This document shows positions 1 through 13,200 of a stretch of 64,000 nt of DNA, piece after piece. The stretch comes from Hydrolagus colliei. Taxonomy: Eukaryota. Made by a program: the position numbers and the translations under genes. The stretch covers positions 7,750,001 to 7,814,000 of the forward strand of contig CM068757.1 in the NCBI GenBank assembly GCA_035084275.1, written 5' to 3'. The notes under the pieces were generated by a model that was not told where the DNA came from, did no database searches, and saw only the letters and a list, made by a program, of their open reading frames with translations. How positions within the stretch are numbered: position 1 is the first letter of the stretch; every line of letters begins with the position of its first letter.

Positions 1-780
1 TTTATATTATCTTTTATTGCACTATTAAGAATGTGGATTGAACACAAGGACAAAATGAGCAAAGAAAGAAAGACCCAGTAAGCTTTAACATGTCACCCGG
101 CACAGCTTTGCAAAGCATTACAGTATTAGTGACAAGTCAGCTAAAAGTGAGTATAATACTGTACTTGGGTATCTTTCAATAGACATTAAAAAGGATATGT
201 TAAAAAAAAGGACATTAAATTGGATATTGCTCCACTATCTCTTCCCCAGTGTTTAGTTTGATCAACTTAAATCATTGTGGACTGTACGCGGACACGGACA
301 CATAAGCATTATTGGGATATATTTGTTCAATTAAATAACCATTATTAATCTGAATTAATAGACCTTCATTAATTGCACAACATTTGTGTCAGTCCTCACT
401 TCACCGCAGGATCACGAATTTAACAAACTCTTACATTCCTTTTAATGAATCTCATAAATACACAGAATAGTAAATGCAAGGTAAAGTTGGTCTTATTCTT
501 TGCACACAAATACACAGTGAATCCACTTTACAGTATAACCCGTGAAGCGCTTCCTCCATGACGTGAAAGGGGCTGTATCGATAATGTGAGGATTACTATT
601 ATTATTTTCATCCAATGTAGATTATGACCAACTGATGAAAGAGCGAGAGGCAAGGTGAGGAGTCACTGGGAATATGTCAGCAAGAAAACCAACTCAACAG
701 GAAATTACAATTGGTAAAGTAACAAACATATACACCTCCCTTCTCCACCACCACCATCTTTTCCATTTAACTAATAAAAA

Positions 781-1112
781 TAATAATCATCCTTGCATTT
801 GATATAGCGCTGTTCCCATCTTATCGACGTCTCAAAGCGCTTCACAGAATATACTGTAAAGTGAACTGACTGTGTATTTGTGTGTGAAATGTGGCAGCCA
901 ATTGCACACAGCTGTGTCCCACAAACAGTCGTGGTTTGAAATGACCAATTTTTATCTTTTTTTTTTGGGGGGGGGGGGGGGGGGACGCATTATTATTAGG
1001 CGTGTGTGCGGAGTAAAGGAAACTTGCCCGAGGTTTCGCCCTGACCTGCCTGGATTGGAACACAAATCTCACGCGTGTAAGGCGGGTGCTCTGACCACTG
1101 AGCTACAGGAGC
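781..1112 (-). mobile_element. tRNA-derived SINE, near full length (family A)
   Basis: Reverse complement reads tRNA-like head (tcctgtagctcagtggtcagagca...), then gggcaagtttccttactcc core, then tail ending gcgctatatcaaatgcaaggat(tat)n. Confidence 0.85.
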
Positions 1113-1639
1113 TCCCCCGAGCAGATGTCAGAGGTTTATTAAAAATGACACCATCAACCAACCCTCTCCCTCCCCCTCCCCACCAGCCTCCCCAGCAACA
1201 ACAACAACTGAGGGACAAGCTGGCCCTTTCCTTCACCAAAATAAAATCAACTCAACCAAGTGGGACTGACATCCTTGGAGCAGATATCAATTGAAAGGAT
1301 TATTATGGTTATTATTAATATGATTATTACAGTACTGCTATATATAGTACTGTATTACAGCACTACTATAATGTCCTTCGCAAATAGTTCTGTTTTGGAA
1401 AACTCGTGGAAATCAAGGGCGAATGACTTTTTCATTACCTTGATTTTTTTTTTGGGGGGGGGCAGAGGAGGGAGGGAGGGAGTTGGGGGGAGGGTAGGGG
1501 GGGGGGGAGAGAGAGAGAAAGAGAGAGGAAAAGGGAGAGAGGAGGGTTGAAGAATGCAAAAATATGATTCCCTCAACCCCCCCTTCTTCTGTGTTTCTCT
1601 CTCTCTCTCTCTCTCTCCCTCCCTCCCTCTCCTACCTCC

Positions 1640-1810
1640 CTCAGACCTGAATAGCGTCATTGCCAATTGATGCTGTCACGTCTCATCGCAGATACCCATC
1701 GGCAGCTGTATTTTATTTTGTACGTCACAGGCGACAGTTTCAGCCCCCCCATCTCATTAGCTAACGTCACGCCCTGTTGATAGGTAAAGGACCATTGATT
1801 GTGGCAGTGA
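1640..1810 (+). promoter_or_regulatory. Putative proximal promoter of TRIM66: three CGTCA (CRE/ATF half) sites plus a CCAAT box
   Basis: CGTCA at 1655-1659, 1723-1727 and 1765-1769; CCAAT at 1663-1667; locally CpG-retaining, non-repeat sequence about 0.7-0.85 kb upstream of the ATG. Confidence 0.5.
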
Positions 1811-2034
1811 AGAGAGAGAGATATATATCTGTGAGTGTGGGTGAGTGCAATCTCACCAACGAAAACCCTTGTAAAGTCAGTGTTTACTTACACTTGGGGG
1901 GTGGCAGCTTCCACACTTCTCTCTCTGTTGTTTTTTTTATTTATAAAATATATATATATATACACACATAATTCTCTCGGGGCAATGAGGTCATTGAAAT
2001 GAGTAATAATTTCGAGTAAGCTGCTGCGATTCAA

Positions 2035-2400
2035 CAGAGAGATTGAGATTGGGACAGAGACTGAGAGAGAGAAACAGAGACTGGGAGAGACACTGAGAGA
2101 GAGAAACAGACACTGGGAGAGACACTGAGAGAGACACAGAGACTGAGAGAGAGAGAGAGACACACACACACAGAGAGAGTGAGAGAGAGAGAGATTGAGA
2201 GAGAGAAACTGAGACTGGGAGAGAGAAACTGAGAAAGACAGAGACCGAGAGAGACAAGACAAGACAGACACACAGACACACACACAGGGAGAGATTAAGA
2301 AAGACAGAGACCGAGTGAGACACACACACAGAGAGAGAGAGAGCCAAGCAGTGTTTGGAAGCAAGAGAGAGAGATTTGAGAGTGAGTGAGTGAGTGAGTT
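2035..2400. repeat. Complex (GA)n/(CA)n microsatellite upstream of the ATG, probably in the 5'UTR
   Basis: Degenerate gagaga/gagact/gagaca/cacaca runs; this explains the low-complexity ORFs at 1888-2364. Confidence 0.9.
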
Positions 2401-2506
2401 ATCAGGGTAGGAACAAAAAAAAAAGAGAGAAAAACAAGAAGTCCAGCTACCCCTTCACTGGGCAAAGGAGGGGAGTGGAGGGGAGTGGATAAACAACAAC
2501 AACAAC

Positions 2507-2753
2507 ATGGACCAAAGCGCTGTAGACCTGGACCACACGGTTTCCAATGGACTGGAGGACGAGCGGCTGAGTGACTCCAGCGAGGAGATGTGCAACCTGC
2601 TCAGGAACTGCGTCGTGTGTCAACAGGAGCTGTCTGACCGCGAGCCCCGGCTACTGCCCTGTCTGCACACCTTCTGTAAAGACTGTCTGCCTCTCGGCAT
2701 CCTCAGCCCCCGCCCCGGCCCCGCGGGCTGCGAACCCGACCCCGGCGAGGAAG
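2507..2753 (+). CDS. TRIM66: TRIM66 coding exon 1: start and N-terminal part of the RING (CVVC...CLHTFCKDC)
   Basis: ATG at 2507 in aacATGg context; donor AAG|gtaagg after 2753; phase 1. Matches the TIF1-type RING pattern CxxC...[12 protein letters not shown]. Confidence 0.9.
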
Positions 2754-3876
2754 GTAAGGGGGGAGGGGGGGGAGAGGGAGAGGGGTGGGGGGGTTAGCAA
2801 ATCATTTCATACACACACACACACACACAACACATACACACATACACGAAGATTACACCTGCCTTCCCCCAACCCCACCCACCCATCCATCCACTCACAC
2901 ACTAATGCAATGAAACACAGTCAAAGTTTTTATTGTTACCCCCCCCCCCCCCACACACACACACCACACCACCCACTCCAAGCAAATGAGTGAGATATCT
3001 TAGATATATTGCAAAGCACTGGCCACACTGACAGTTTGCTGAGTTTTATCCCATGTATTTGTTGTTGCGTTTATTTGAACGGAAAGTAGCAGCATTGTTT
3101 ACAGTCGAAGTACTGTACAGTCCCCTCTCTCTCTATATATATATATATAATAAATAATCCTTGCATTTGATATAGTGCTTTTCAGATCTTCTAGTCGTCC
3201 CAAAGCGCTTCACACAATATACATGTGCTGTAAAGTGAGTTGACTGTGTATATGTGGGCGATAAGTCCCTGGTTGAAGCCACTTGCAATGTATTTTCCTT
3301 CCAACAAACCTCTATTTTTCCTCTTCGCTGTGGGGGAATGGAACGTTGTTTCCACTCTTTCCAAATGGGAAGCTCGGACTTGGATTAAACCAGACGTTTA
3401 ACCAGATACAAAACTACTGTACAGTAGAGCCTCACATGACAGAGCTCTCTCTCTCACTCTCTGTCAGGGGAGATCCTACAAGATCCTACACAAGTCACAA
3501 GATCCGACAGCGAACTCTGTTTCAATGTCTGAAATGTTTCTTTGCCCTCGACTTGATCTCTGAGATCAGTTGGCGTCTTTTCTCCTCATACAACCCAGGG
3601 TTGAAGGAGGCACGAAGCTGCCTTCAACTTTTATTCCAGCCACCAGTTGACTTCCATAAGGTATATTTGGTGCTCACCGCCGGTTTGTGACAAAGGAGTA
3701 TTTCTAGTTACCACGACGAAACATTGGTAGTACATCCGCCATGTGTACCAAGTAGGACTTTGGCTTCAATGTTGAGAACAAACCAAGTCTCTTCGAAAAG
3801 CAATCAACCCTGGTTCACTATCAACCATGTCTTGGTTTCTTGGTTTACTGCTTGAATAAACCTGCCTGATAACTAC

Positions 3877-4208
3877 AATAATCCTTGCATTTGATATAGC
3901 GCGTTTCACATCTTATCGACGTCCCAAAGCGCTTCACAGAATATACTGTAAAGTGAATTGACCGTATATATTTGTGGGCAAATCACGTCAGCCAATTGTG
4001 CACAGCAGTGTCCCACAAACAGTCGTGGAATGAAATGACCAATTTTATTATTGTGGTTTTTTGGGGGTGGATTATTATTAGATGTGTGGAGTAAAGAAAC
4101 TTGCCCAAGGTTTGGCCCTGACCTGCCTGGATTCGAACGCAGGTCTCCCCAGCTTGGTCTCCTCAGCTAGCAAGACAAGTGCTCTAACCACTAAGACACA
4201 GGAGCTCC
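3877..4208 (-). mobile_element. tRNA-derived SINE family A, full length
   Basis: Same head/core/tail order as 781-1112. Confidence 0.85.
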
Positions 4209-7200
4209 ACAAACTATACGTCTCCTTGAAATCAGTTTGCTACAAAGAGATGCCCTCCAGGTCTTACTAAGTGGAATTTAGTTTCATACATGCTGCCCTG
4301 TCACCCGCCAAAAAATGTGAGTCACGAAAGGGGATTTGATGGGATTCCAACTCAAAACCTTCTTGTCTTAATTCTGGTCAATTCTCAACTAACCTGTGCT
4401 ACCAAGGATATCATTGAAAACCAGATGTGTTAGTTGGAGAGGGAGAGTGTGCTTACTGCTGGTAACTGTGATCCACTGAAGTTCATCGTGTTTATAACAC
4501 AATTTAATATCTTTAACAACAACAACAACAACATTACATTGGTAGAGTGCCTTTCACGTTGGGGGGACGTGAGAAAGCTAATATTGGACAAATAACCAGA
4601 GAAAATCACAATGATGTGTTTGTTATCTTGAATTTGTATATACTGTACAGTATAGATTAATATTATATATGCTGTACAGAGTAATTTACTTTTAAAAAAA
4701 CATTGTATGTAGACTACCCCTTGCCACATGAATGTCTCGGTAGGAACATTCAGCATGTTCTGACGGTTTATTGGATGATGGTAGAAATCTTCTGAGTAAA
4801 CTTTTAAATTTACTGCTTGGTCTCCATAGCTGTGACTCAGCTAACCTCTAACAGTGCTTGCTACTTGCTCTGTTACAGGAAGTGTGCTTATGCAAAAAAA
4901 TTTGGTAAACATTCCCTTATCTTGGTATCATCAGGCAGAAAAGTGTGGTTAGCTATAAATTCAAATGTCAGCTCCGAATGTGGGTTTTAAATGGTGAAAC
5001 AGCAAGAAAATCCCAACCTACTTAGATAGTTGAGCATTTCTTGGCAGAGTTAAATGTTTAAAATCATATCTAGAATATATCCAGACTCTAGGATCTATTA
5101 AATGATGAACCAGGTTTTGGCCAACTAGATCTGGAAGATGGAAACAGTGAAACTGACAGAACTAGTTTCCTAACCTAGATTCTCTTTATATTAATTAAGA
5201 TGTGTACAGTGTAGTACAACATTCACGGGAGTGTTCGAGCAGCAGAAGCACAGATTTACTTGTCTGATCACTTAAATCGGCGTTGATTTATTGAACTCTA
5301 TGGGGGGCATGAATGAACTATTCCCATTGTGTCTGTAGCATATTTTGATTCCTCATTGATTATTGTGATTTATCATAATGGCTCTACTGTATTTTTTGTG
5401 TGGTAGGATTTTTCATAATGGCAGCAAATTGAAAATCAATATCAAATGGATCAATATACTCTAGTAATTAGGTTGTCTGCTGTTATCTCAACACCATTGC
5501 TTAATATATACTAGTGTGATCTAACTGCTCAGATCAGTTTTGGGGCCACTCAGCCTAACAGTAAGTCAAACGAAGGCTTTGCAGATGACAGTGAGTCTGT
5601 TGATTTGCAAACATTCACAGATTTTCTGGGTCCGAAATGAAAGCCTCGATCTTACCATCTTTATAAATGTCAATTCAGTCATTGACTTGAAACTAATTAC
5701 AGTACTGTATAAACCTTTTGAAAGCTACGGGCCTCAGTTGCTCATCAATTTGTTAGTGACAGAATTGGATCACATTGTGCCTGCACATCAAATGTACAAA
5801 TCGAGTCCGAACGAGTAGCCTACTCCAGAGAGTTCCGGCCACAGGATGACATGTTTAAGACTGATTATTGTACGACAACTTATTTATTTTGTATGCAAGA
5901 TTTTTGCAGGTTTTTTTCATAGGCAGATATATAAACACTGTTGAAATGTTCATTTTGCTGCTCCCCTGAAGAATTGCATCTAACTTCCCTTTTTCTCTGA
6001 AATCTGGGTTCAAAACTAACTCCCCGCTCCTCCATCACAGTTGCAACAGTGCTCTGTATGTATTTACAGTTGGGGCCGTCGCAACCCAAACGGTTCTTGC
6101 TGGATGTGGATCAACGACACATAAAACAACAACAAAATTGCAGTTATTATAGCACCTTTCACCAAATGTACAACTTTGCATAAATGGGCAGTTGTAATCA
6201 GTGTTACAGATGTGGGGAATATAGTGGAGTGATGAGGGTTTACTTCTAAGGACTATTTTTGTCCAGAAATGTCCAGCCTGTACTGCACCTGACCAGCAGG
6301 TGTTTGGTGCTGGCTTTCCATTCCGTTCCAATCATTGACACTATTTTGAGCACAAAACATATTTGCTTATGAATGCAGATGTTCTCAGAAGGGTGCTAAG
6401 GTACGGTGGTTGTGAAACTATCCGCCAAAGGGTGGCTTTATCAATCAAATCAGTCAATCCAAACTTACATTTATATAGCGCCTTTATGTCGAGTGGACAT
6501 CCCAAGGCGCTGTACAGTTAGGTAGGGACAAGAGCAGGTAGGGAGGGGTTGGGGCAGGATGAAGAAGAGTAGGAAAATTGACTGTATATTTGTGGCCCCT
6601 AAAGCCCGTTCGGCTACCTATAAGATCACAGCTGATACCAATCAGCTGTGATTGGTATCAGCTCAACTCCAACACCTCAACTCCAATTACCTGCCTTTGC
6701 CTCATATTCGACCTAACCATTATCTATCCACCTCAGTGAGGTGATCTGAGGGCTACCAATGCAGCTACGTAGCTAGCAGTCCACAGATTAATCCTGTGTC
6801 ACGTGTGGAAATAGTAGGCAATAGTAACACTGCTTTGTTTTTTTTTCCATTTTGCTCACTATACCAACTTCAATATTACTCAGGGATGTTCTAACATGAA
6901 AGGTGTTTTAACACCTCCCACATATTTACACCAGAGAACGTTTGTTCTCCTTCCCTGAGAGAGATGTGTGCCCTGGGATTAAATTTAGAAATTGTGAGAG
7001 AGCAGGTGCTGCCTCAGCCAGCAGTATATTTTAATCTTGTGCCAAGGACCTTGTTTATGTTTCTGGCTCCTTGATATTGTCAAACGCATATGAATAAATG
7101 CTTTTCTTATCAGTGCATGCTGCTGCCTTGCCACTAACCACCGCTGCAGTTTCCTGAACTGCTGGTTGATGAACTCAGTACCAATGAGTCACAAAGACCA

Positions 7201-10200
7201 AATAATTAGAACTTGCTATTTTGGGAGTTTAACTGCGATACTTTAGGGGACTGAGTGGGCAGGAAATGAGTTTTCCTCCCCTCCATGCTTCCCAATATGT
7301 TATGCAAATGACTGACCACGTGAAAAAGGAATCCATGGTTAACGGGTATGTTTGTCAGATCCATTATAATTGAGGGGTTGTGAGCTCACAGTATAGACAT
7401 TTATATGCTGCAAATAGAATGTGTGTGAAAACCCCCCCAAAAAACATGGTCAAGTATTTCTACAGACAGAGAACTTAAATTGCAATTGGTGGGATGAATA
7501 ACTAGTACTTGCATTTTATGCAAAGACTGCACTTGTTGACAGTTAATGACTGATAATAAGGCAAATGCAGCAGCTGAAATGAGTCAATAAACTCATTCTT
7601 TTTTGAATGCGGAAGGAATGTTGGCCAGGATGCCATACACTCTCTTACTTCCCTGCCATGGGATCTTGCCACCAGGACAGGCAGATGAGGCGTCAGTTTA
7701 TCATCTGTTCTGAAGGATCGTGTGTGTCTCTGACAAAACAGCACTTCTTTGAGCATTAGCCTAATTATTAGTTCAGATCCGTCCTGTGGGCTGCAAACCC
7801 ACGACTTCCTGATCCAGAGCTGAAGGGCTGTTGGTGTAATGTCGATGCCATAGAGGAAACCACATTATGCACTAACACGAAATGCCAGTAAGATGGCATC
7901 ACTTCTTTACCCTCATTACTGTGACTTGTTCAAAGCCTTTCCTGTGATGTTTCGGTCTAGCCTTCGACAATTCATTTATCGTAATAATAATTTATCAAAT
8001 TTGCCTTTGATCTTGGACCTTTCAAGTGGGAGGGTGTCTCAAAGTGTAAAGTAACATTTTTGTTACAAGGCGGGAAATGTTGCAGCTTGTCAGTCACTTA
8101 AAAACAAAATCTACTGGTTTCGTTTGAATTATTTTAGGAAACCTTGTTTGCTTATTAATTTGCATGCTTAAAGGGAAGTAAGACAGATACCAGGTGCTTG
8201 TTATTTTAGCTCAGCTTTTAGTCACCATGAACACCAGGCAAGCATTTTGAGATGTTCTCGGGTTGTTCTCAGATGTTCTCATGTTTCCAATCCCAATGTT
8301 TTTTCAAATTGCCAAAAAATCACAAGATGTTGAATTTACCAACAAACTGAGTAGCTACGCCCTCTGTGGTTGGCTGAACTGTGTTTTAGCATGACTTCGA
8401 GCGCCCTATCTACACCCAAAGCAGGCTGGTTCCCAAACCAATGATGGTTTCTAATAAAATGAATTCATTGGTGTGAAGCCTTGTGTAAAGTTGCTCATTG
8501 AGTCAGTCGATGGTTGTAGCTGTTATCACAAGGACGTGTGTGCAGGGCTGATGTGTTATCTTGACGGAAGCCAGGATTGAAGTCCTGTCTCATTTTGGGT
8601 TATAATTTAATACACGCTTCCTGTTGCTGAACTTGACTTTTAAAAAGCTGAGATATTGTTCATGGTCTCATGTCAGTGCAGTTCTTGGAAGGCAAAAGTT
8701 TTTAGTATAACTTCCTGGCTGGTTTAGTGGGAACCCGACAAATAATGGCAAAGATATTCCTAGGATAAGGAACCCATTCATCCGGACCAGAACAAAATGT
8801 TTTTCACCACACCTGGTGCTCAGTTCAGTTTCATTGTTCTTCTCATTCTCCCCTCAGTCCCTTATCTCACCTGCACCAACTAACCTGAAGGTTTGAACTA
8901 CTGACTATAATAAGAATGTTACAATAATAGTGATCTAATTATTATTACTAGTTATTCATGCTTGTCTTAGAAAAAGCACCTGCGATGTCAAGAATTCAGA
9001 GTGCTTCATAGAGAATTGATAAGAAGTGCAGTGAGTGTGCATTTGTAGGTAAATATGGTCATCAGTTTTCACACAGCGAGGCCTTAGAAGCAGCCAATGT
9101 AGTTGGTGGGTTGTTGGCTGTCTTCCCTTTTCAAATTATGCATTGGGTTCTTTAACATCTACTCGACAAACAGATAGCACATTGGTTTAGCATCTCATCC
9201 AAAAGATGGAATTGTTCAAACATTACTTTTCCTTTATTTCCTACTCCACTGCCTGTTGGATGCATCTGGTTTGTTGCAAGCATCGTGCCAGTGACTTGTT
9301 TCAGATTGTGGACTGAGCTTACGTTGCACTGGTGAGATAAGCAAGGTGAGTCCCTCCGGGGTGAGAATGTGTACTCCATTTGAGACACAGGGAAACTCCC
9401 TTGTGTTGGTGTCTTACATTTTTCTCAGCCTGTCTTGGATACTCTTAAACCCGATAATGATGATGGATTTTCAAAACGTGTCAGACCAGAAAAACATACA
9501 CCTTCCAAAAGGTCCACCTTGATCCTACTTGTTTGGTTGCGCTTCTGACTGTGCAGACTGATTGAAAACACTGGATTTTATTTCTAGTGTGATGGGGTGT
9601 GAAAACATTTCTGCTCAACAGGCCTGGAACTGTTGCTAAAATAAGCCAATTGTCCTCCAGCCTTTGCAATCTGAGATACAAGGTAACCAGCAATATTTCC
9701 CACAATCAGTAGATCCTCAAGTGCAGAAACGTGGGAAGCGATGAGATGAATCAGTAGCATTTGCTAACCTTTCTAAGCTTCACACATTTGAAGTCATCCT
9801 CATTTTGTCACAACAAATTGTTGCCTAATTTACTTACTATGTTGATCTGGTTGGTAAGTGCCGGGAAAGCTTTTATTGCCTTACTCTTAAAAACTCAGTT
9901 TCTCAGGGAATTGATTTAATGGCCACCGTTGAGCTCCTTGATGTTAAGACTCATTCTCCCAGTTGTGGAAGCTGTGCAGTGTATCTATTAGAGTGCAATT
10001 CACAGTCTTGTGCTTGATAACGGGGTTATGCTCCAGGTGGAATTGGAGCCCTAGGCCACCCGTCAGTTGTAAGGATCGGTTTTGGAAGATTATATAACAG
10101 ATGGAATAATAATAATGATAATAATAATCCTTTCAGCGCCTTGAGACATCCTCCTGGCATGAAGGGCGCTCTATAAATGTAATTTGTTGTTGTCACATTC

Positions 10201-13200
10201 AATGCACCCTCCCTCATCCCTCCGTCTTGCCCCCTCTCTCCCCTTTTTCAAGTCCTGCCTAAAAGACTTCCTCTTTTGCCCTGTTTCATCTCCCTCTCCC
10301 CTGCCACCCCCCCACAATGCCCTGGCTCGGAGTCAGACTCCAACACTAATAAGTGCTCTGAGACGCTACCCAGCATTGAGGATGCTATACAAGTGCAACT
10401 TGTTGTTGATAAAGTGCCTTATCATATCGTTAAGATGCCTTAAAGTGCTTCACAGAATATATTGTAAAATTAATTTACTGTGGATTTTGTGAACGAAATG
10501 TGAAGTGCAAACAGCCCCTTGCTCCCTCCATAGAAGAGGGAATAAGAAATTAAAATTAAGCCCGGAAGGACCTGTCTGCTGGGCTAGGAGGGTGTGGCAT
10601 TGCTTTACCGCGATCCCTATTTTACTCGCTGTTTGAGAGTGTGTGTAGACTCTCAGAAGAAATAGGGATTGCCTGTCAGCTGAATGGGTGATATACTTCA
10701 CTCCCAAATAGGCTTCATGTGAGCTTGACCGTTGAATCTTACCTTTATGTTTCTAAGCAGAAAAATGGAAGTTCGCTTAACAAACAAAAAAATCAATCAG
10801 TGCAACTTAAAGATTCGCTGGAGAATTCCAACTTAGTTGCACATAACCACAATTCCCAGTCGTCTTCAATGACTCTCTGTTTTTTTCAAACTATTCAAGA
10901 GACTGTACATTATTTATCACACCATTTCCATTGGACCAAGATGATGTTAGATTGAAATTAATCCTGAAAAATCTCAGACTTACCCAAAATTAGATATAGA
11001 GGAATGTGCATGTATGCAAACTGAATGCGTAAATTCTGAAACAAAAAAAATCATAACTGGGTGATATGACAGCAGAACATGTGTGTTAATAAAAATAAGT
11101 TAGAAAATTGACAAATGCATGCAAATATTTGGTGGTTAATGCCCGTGTTGAATATATGGATCACCCAACAGGGCCATTTCTCTCCTGAAAGATGACTGTC
11201 TGTGGGCAGCATCTGTCAAACCTCATCCTGTCATTACAAGGAACTGGAACTTTTCATTGATTTGGCCCGAGCAGCTCAGAGTGTAGACTTGTGGAAAATT
11301 GTTCATTTGAGGTCCTTCAAAGGATAGCAAAAAATTGGATTTCAAAATGAGAGTGAATACTGTATGAGAATTTTCCAAACTACAATTTGATCTGAATTGT
11401 TCATGTCCATGTTCCACAACGAGTTAGTGGATATTCATGGAGTGAGCTGTCCACCCCCTCCCGGTTTTATTAAGCATTAATAAGCATTGCAGTTAGTGCA
11501 AGCACTGATTATATGCTAATTCTTGTGGCACATTCTTGTGATGCGAAAAAATGACAGTGTACCTCATCGGCATGGCCAGTGGCTGTTGCCACTAAAAATC
11601 TACCGCAAAAGTTGCTCGGCAACGGGTGGTTTCCGACTGCGAATGTATCGCCTGATAAAATCGTGTTTTATTTTATAAATGCTTCAGTAGTTTGACCGTT
11701 GTGCATATCCATCCATGATGTACACTTCTGCAAATGCACCCATGATGCAGATGTGACCGGTGTCAGCAGGTGTTAGCTTGGCTAGGATGGGTGTGGGTTG
11801 AAGTCTCACATTGGTCCTTCAAGCTCACCATCTTGGCTGACACTCCAATGTCAATGGCAGTCATAGTGCATTTCCAAGCGAGCTCAAATCCTGAGCAAGT
11901 TTTCTCCTGATGGAGATGCCCATTTCTTCATGCCAATTTGTGAGACCTGCTGCTGTAATCCATTGGCTGCTGCCTTTGCCCAGACATGTGCAGTCACTCC
12001 ACTACATAGCAAATACCTGTGAAGCACTTTTAATGTTGCAGGCCCTGTATTTCAAATATATGGATTGTTATTGCCCCGTTCTTCCCCATCTATCTAACAA
12101 AAAACCCTGACAGTCCAGCACCCTGGGAAGTCCTTCTGTTATGAAGGGCGATAGACAAGTGTAACTTGTTGTTGTTCATGTTGTGCCTGATGACCTTCCT
12201 ATTTGGCTGTGCCTACAGTCACCTCCCCTCCCCCCAGCTTGGCGTTGTTCTCTGCCACTGTCAACGCTCTGGGATACTACCCTGCGTGAGGGGTGCTGTA
12301 TAAGTGCAAGTTGTTGCTTATGTTAGCAATCTCCCTATCTGTCTCATGTTTCCCTGTGTTTTTTTTCCCACCACCCCCCACCCCTCCTCCACCAGGCTGA
12401 ATCGCAAATTTCAATTGTAAAGGAATCCCTTGGGGGAATTGTGCAAAAATCCACATTATTCCAATCTTACGATTGATTCTTGACCCTGTGAGTTAGGCAC
12501 TGAGGGTCCAGATAAGAACATTAATCCTTGCGTTTGATTTAGCGCCTTATCATGGTCTTTAAGATGTCTGAAAGCGCCTCACAGAACGTACCGTAAAGTG
12601 AATTGACTGTGTGTATTTTGTAGGCGAAACGCGACACCCAATTGCGCACAGCAGTGCCCTATAAGATCCCGCTGCCCCTGATCACAGCCCGACAGGCCAC
12701 TACCGGGTTATTTTTCCTGCAAAACACTGCGACTGACCTCCACTTCATTTCATGCTGTCAAAAAAAATTGACCAGTGACCTATATAATAATAATACTAAT
12801 CCTTGCATTTGGTATAGCGCCTTACCACGTCGTTAGGACATCTCAAAGCACTTGACAGAAATATACTGTGAAATGAAATAACTCTACATATTGTAGGAAA
12901 ATTGCACGGATTACCATTAGTGGTTTAACCTAGTTTTTAATGCTTGGCAGGTATCACAGTGTTAGTGGTAGAGGCAGTCTCAGTCTCTCTCACACACAGT
13001 CCTGATCCATTTTTAGATTGCAACTCACTGGAGTGCTGCCGTCATCCTTAAGTACAGGTGCAACAAACAAAACGCTCTTTTCCCATCAATTCCTTCCAGC
13101 TGAACGCTGTCTGGCAATCATTGCAATCTGGTGTGTGTGTGTATTGGGTTTCAGACCGCAGAGGTCACCCCCACATACACACACACACAGGAGTCACAAT

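Noticed and set aside
872-1294. 140-aa ORF with poly-G, poly-P and poly-Q runs
   Set aside because: Runs through an antisense SINE and homopolymer tracts.
1-1900. Divergent neighbouring gene (RPL27A is head-to-head with TRIM66 in mammals, from memory); minus-strand donor-like gtaagt near 1886-1891
   Set aside because: No recognisable coding exon in this stretch; a lone donor motif is not enough.
1888-2364. Ser/Leu/Val/Cys-rich minus-strand ORFs
   Set aside because: Translation of the (GA)n/(CA)n microsatellite.
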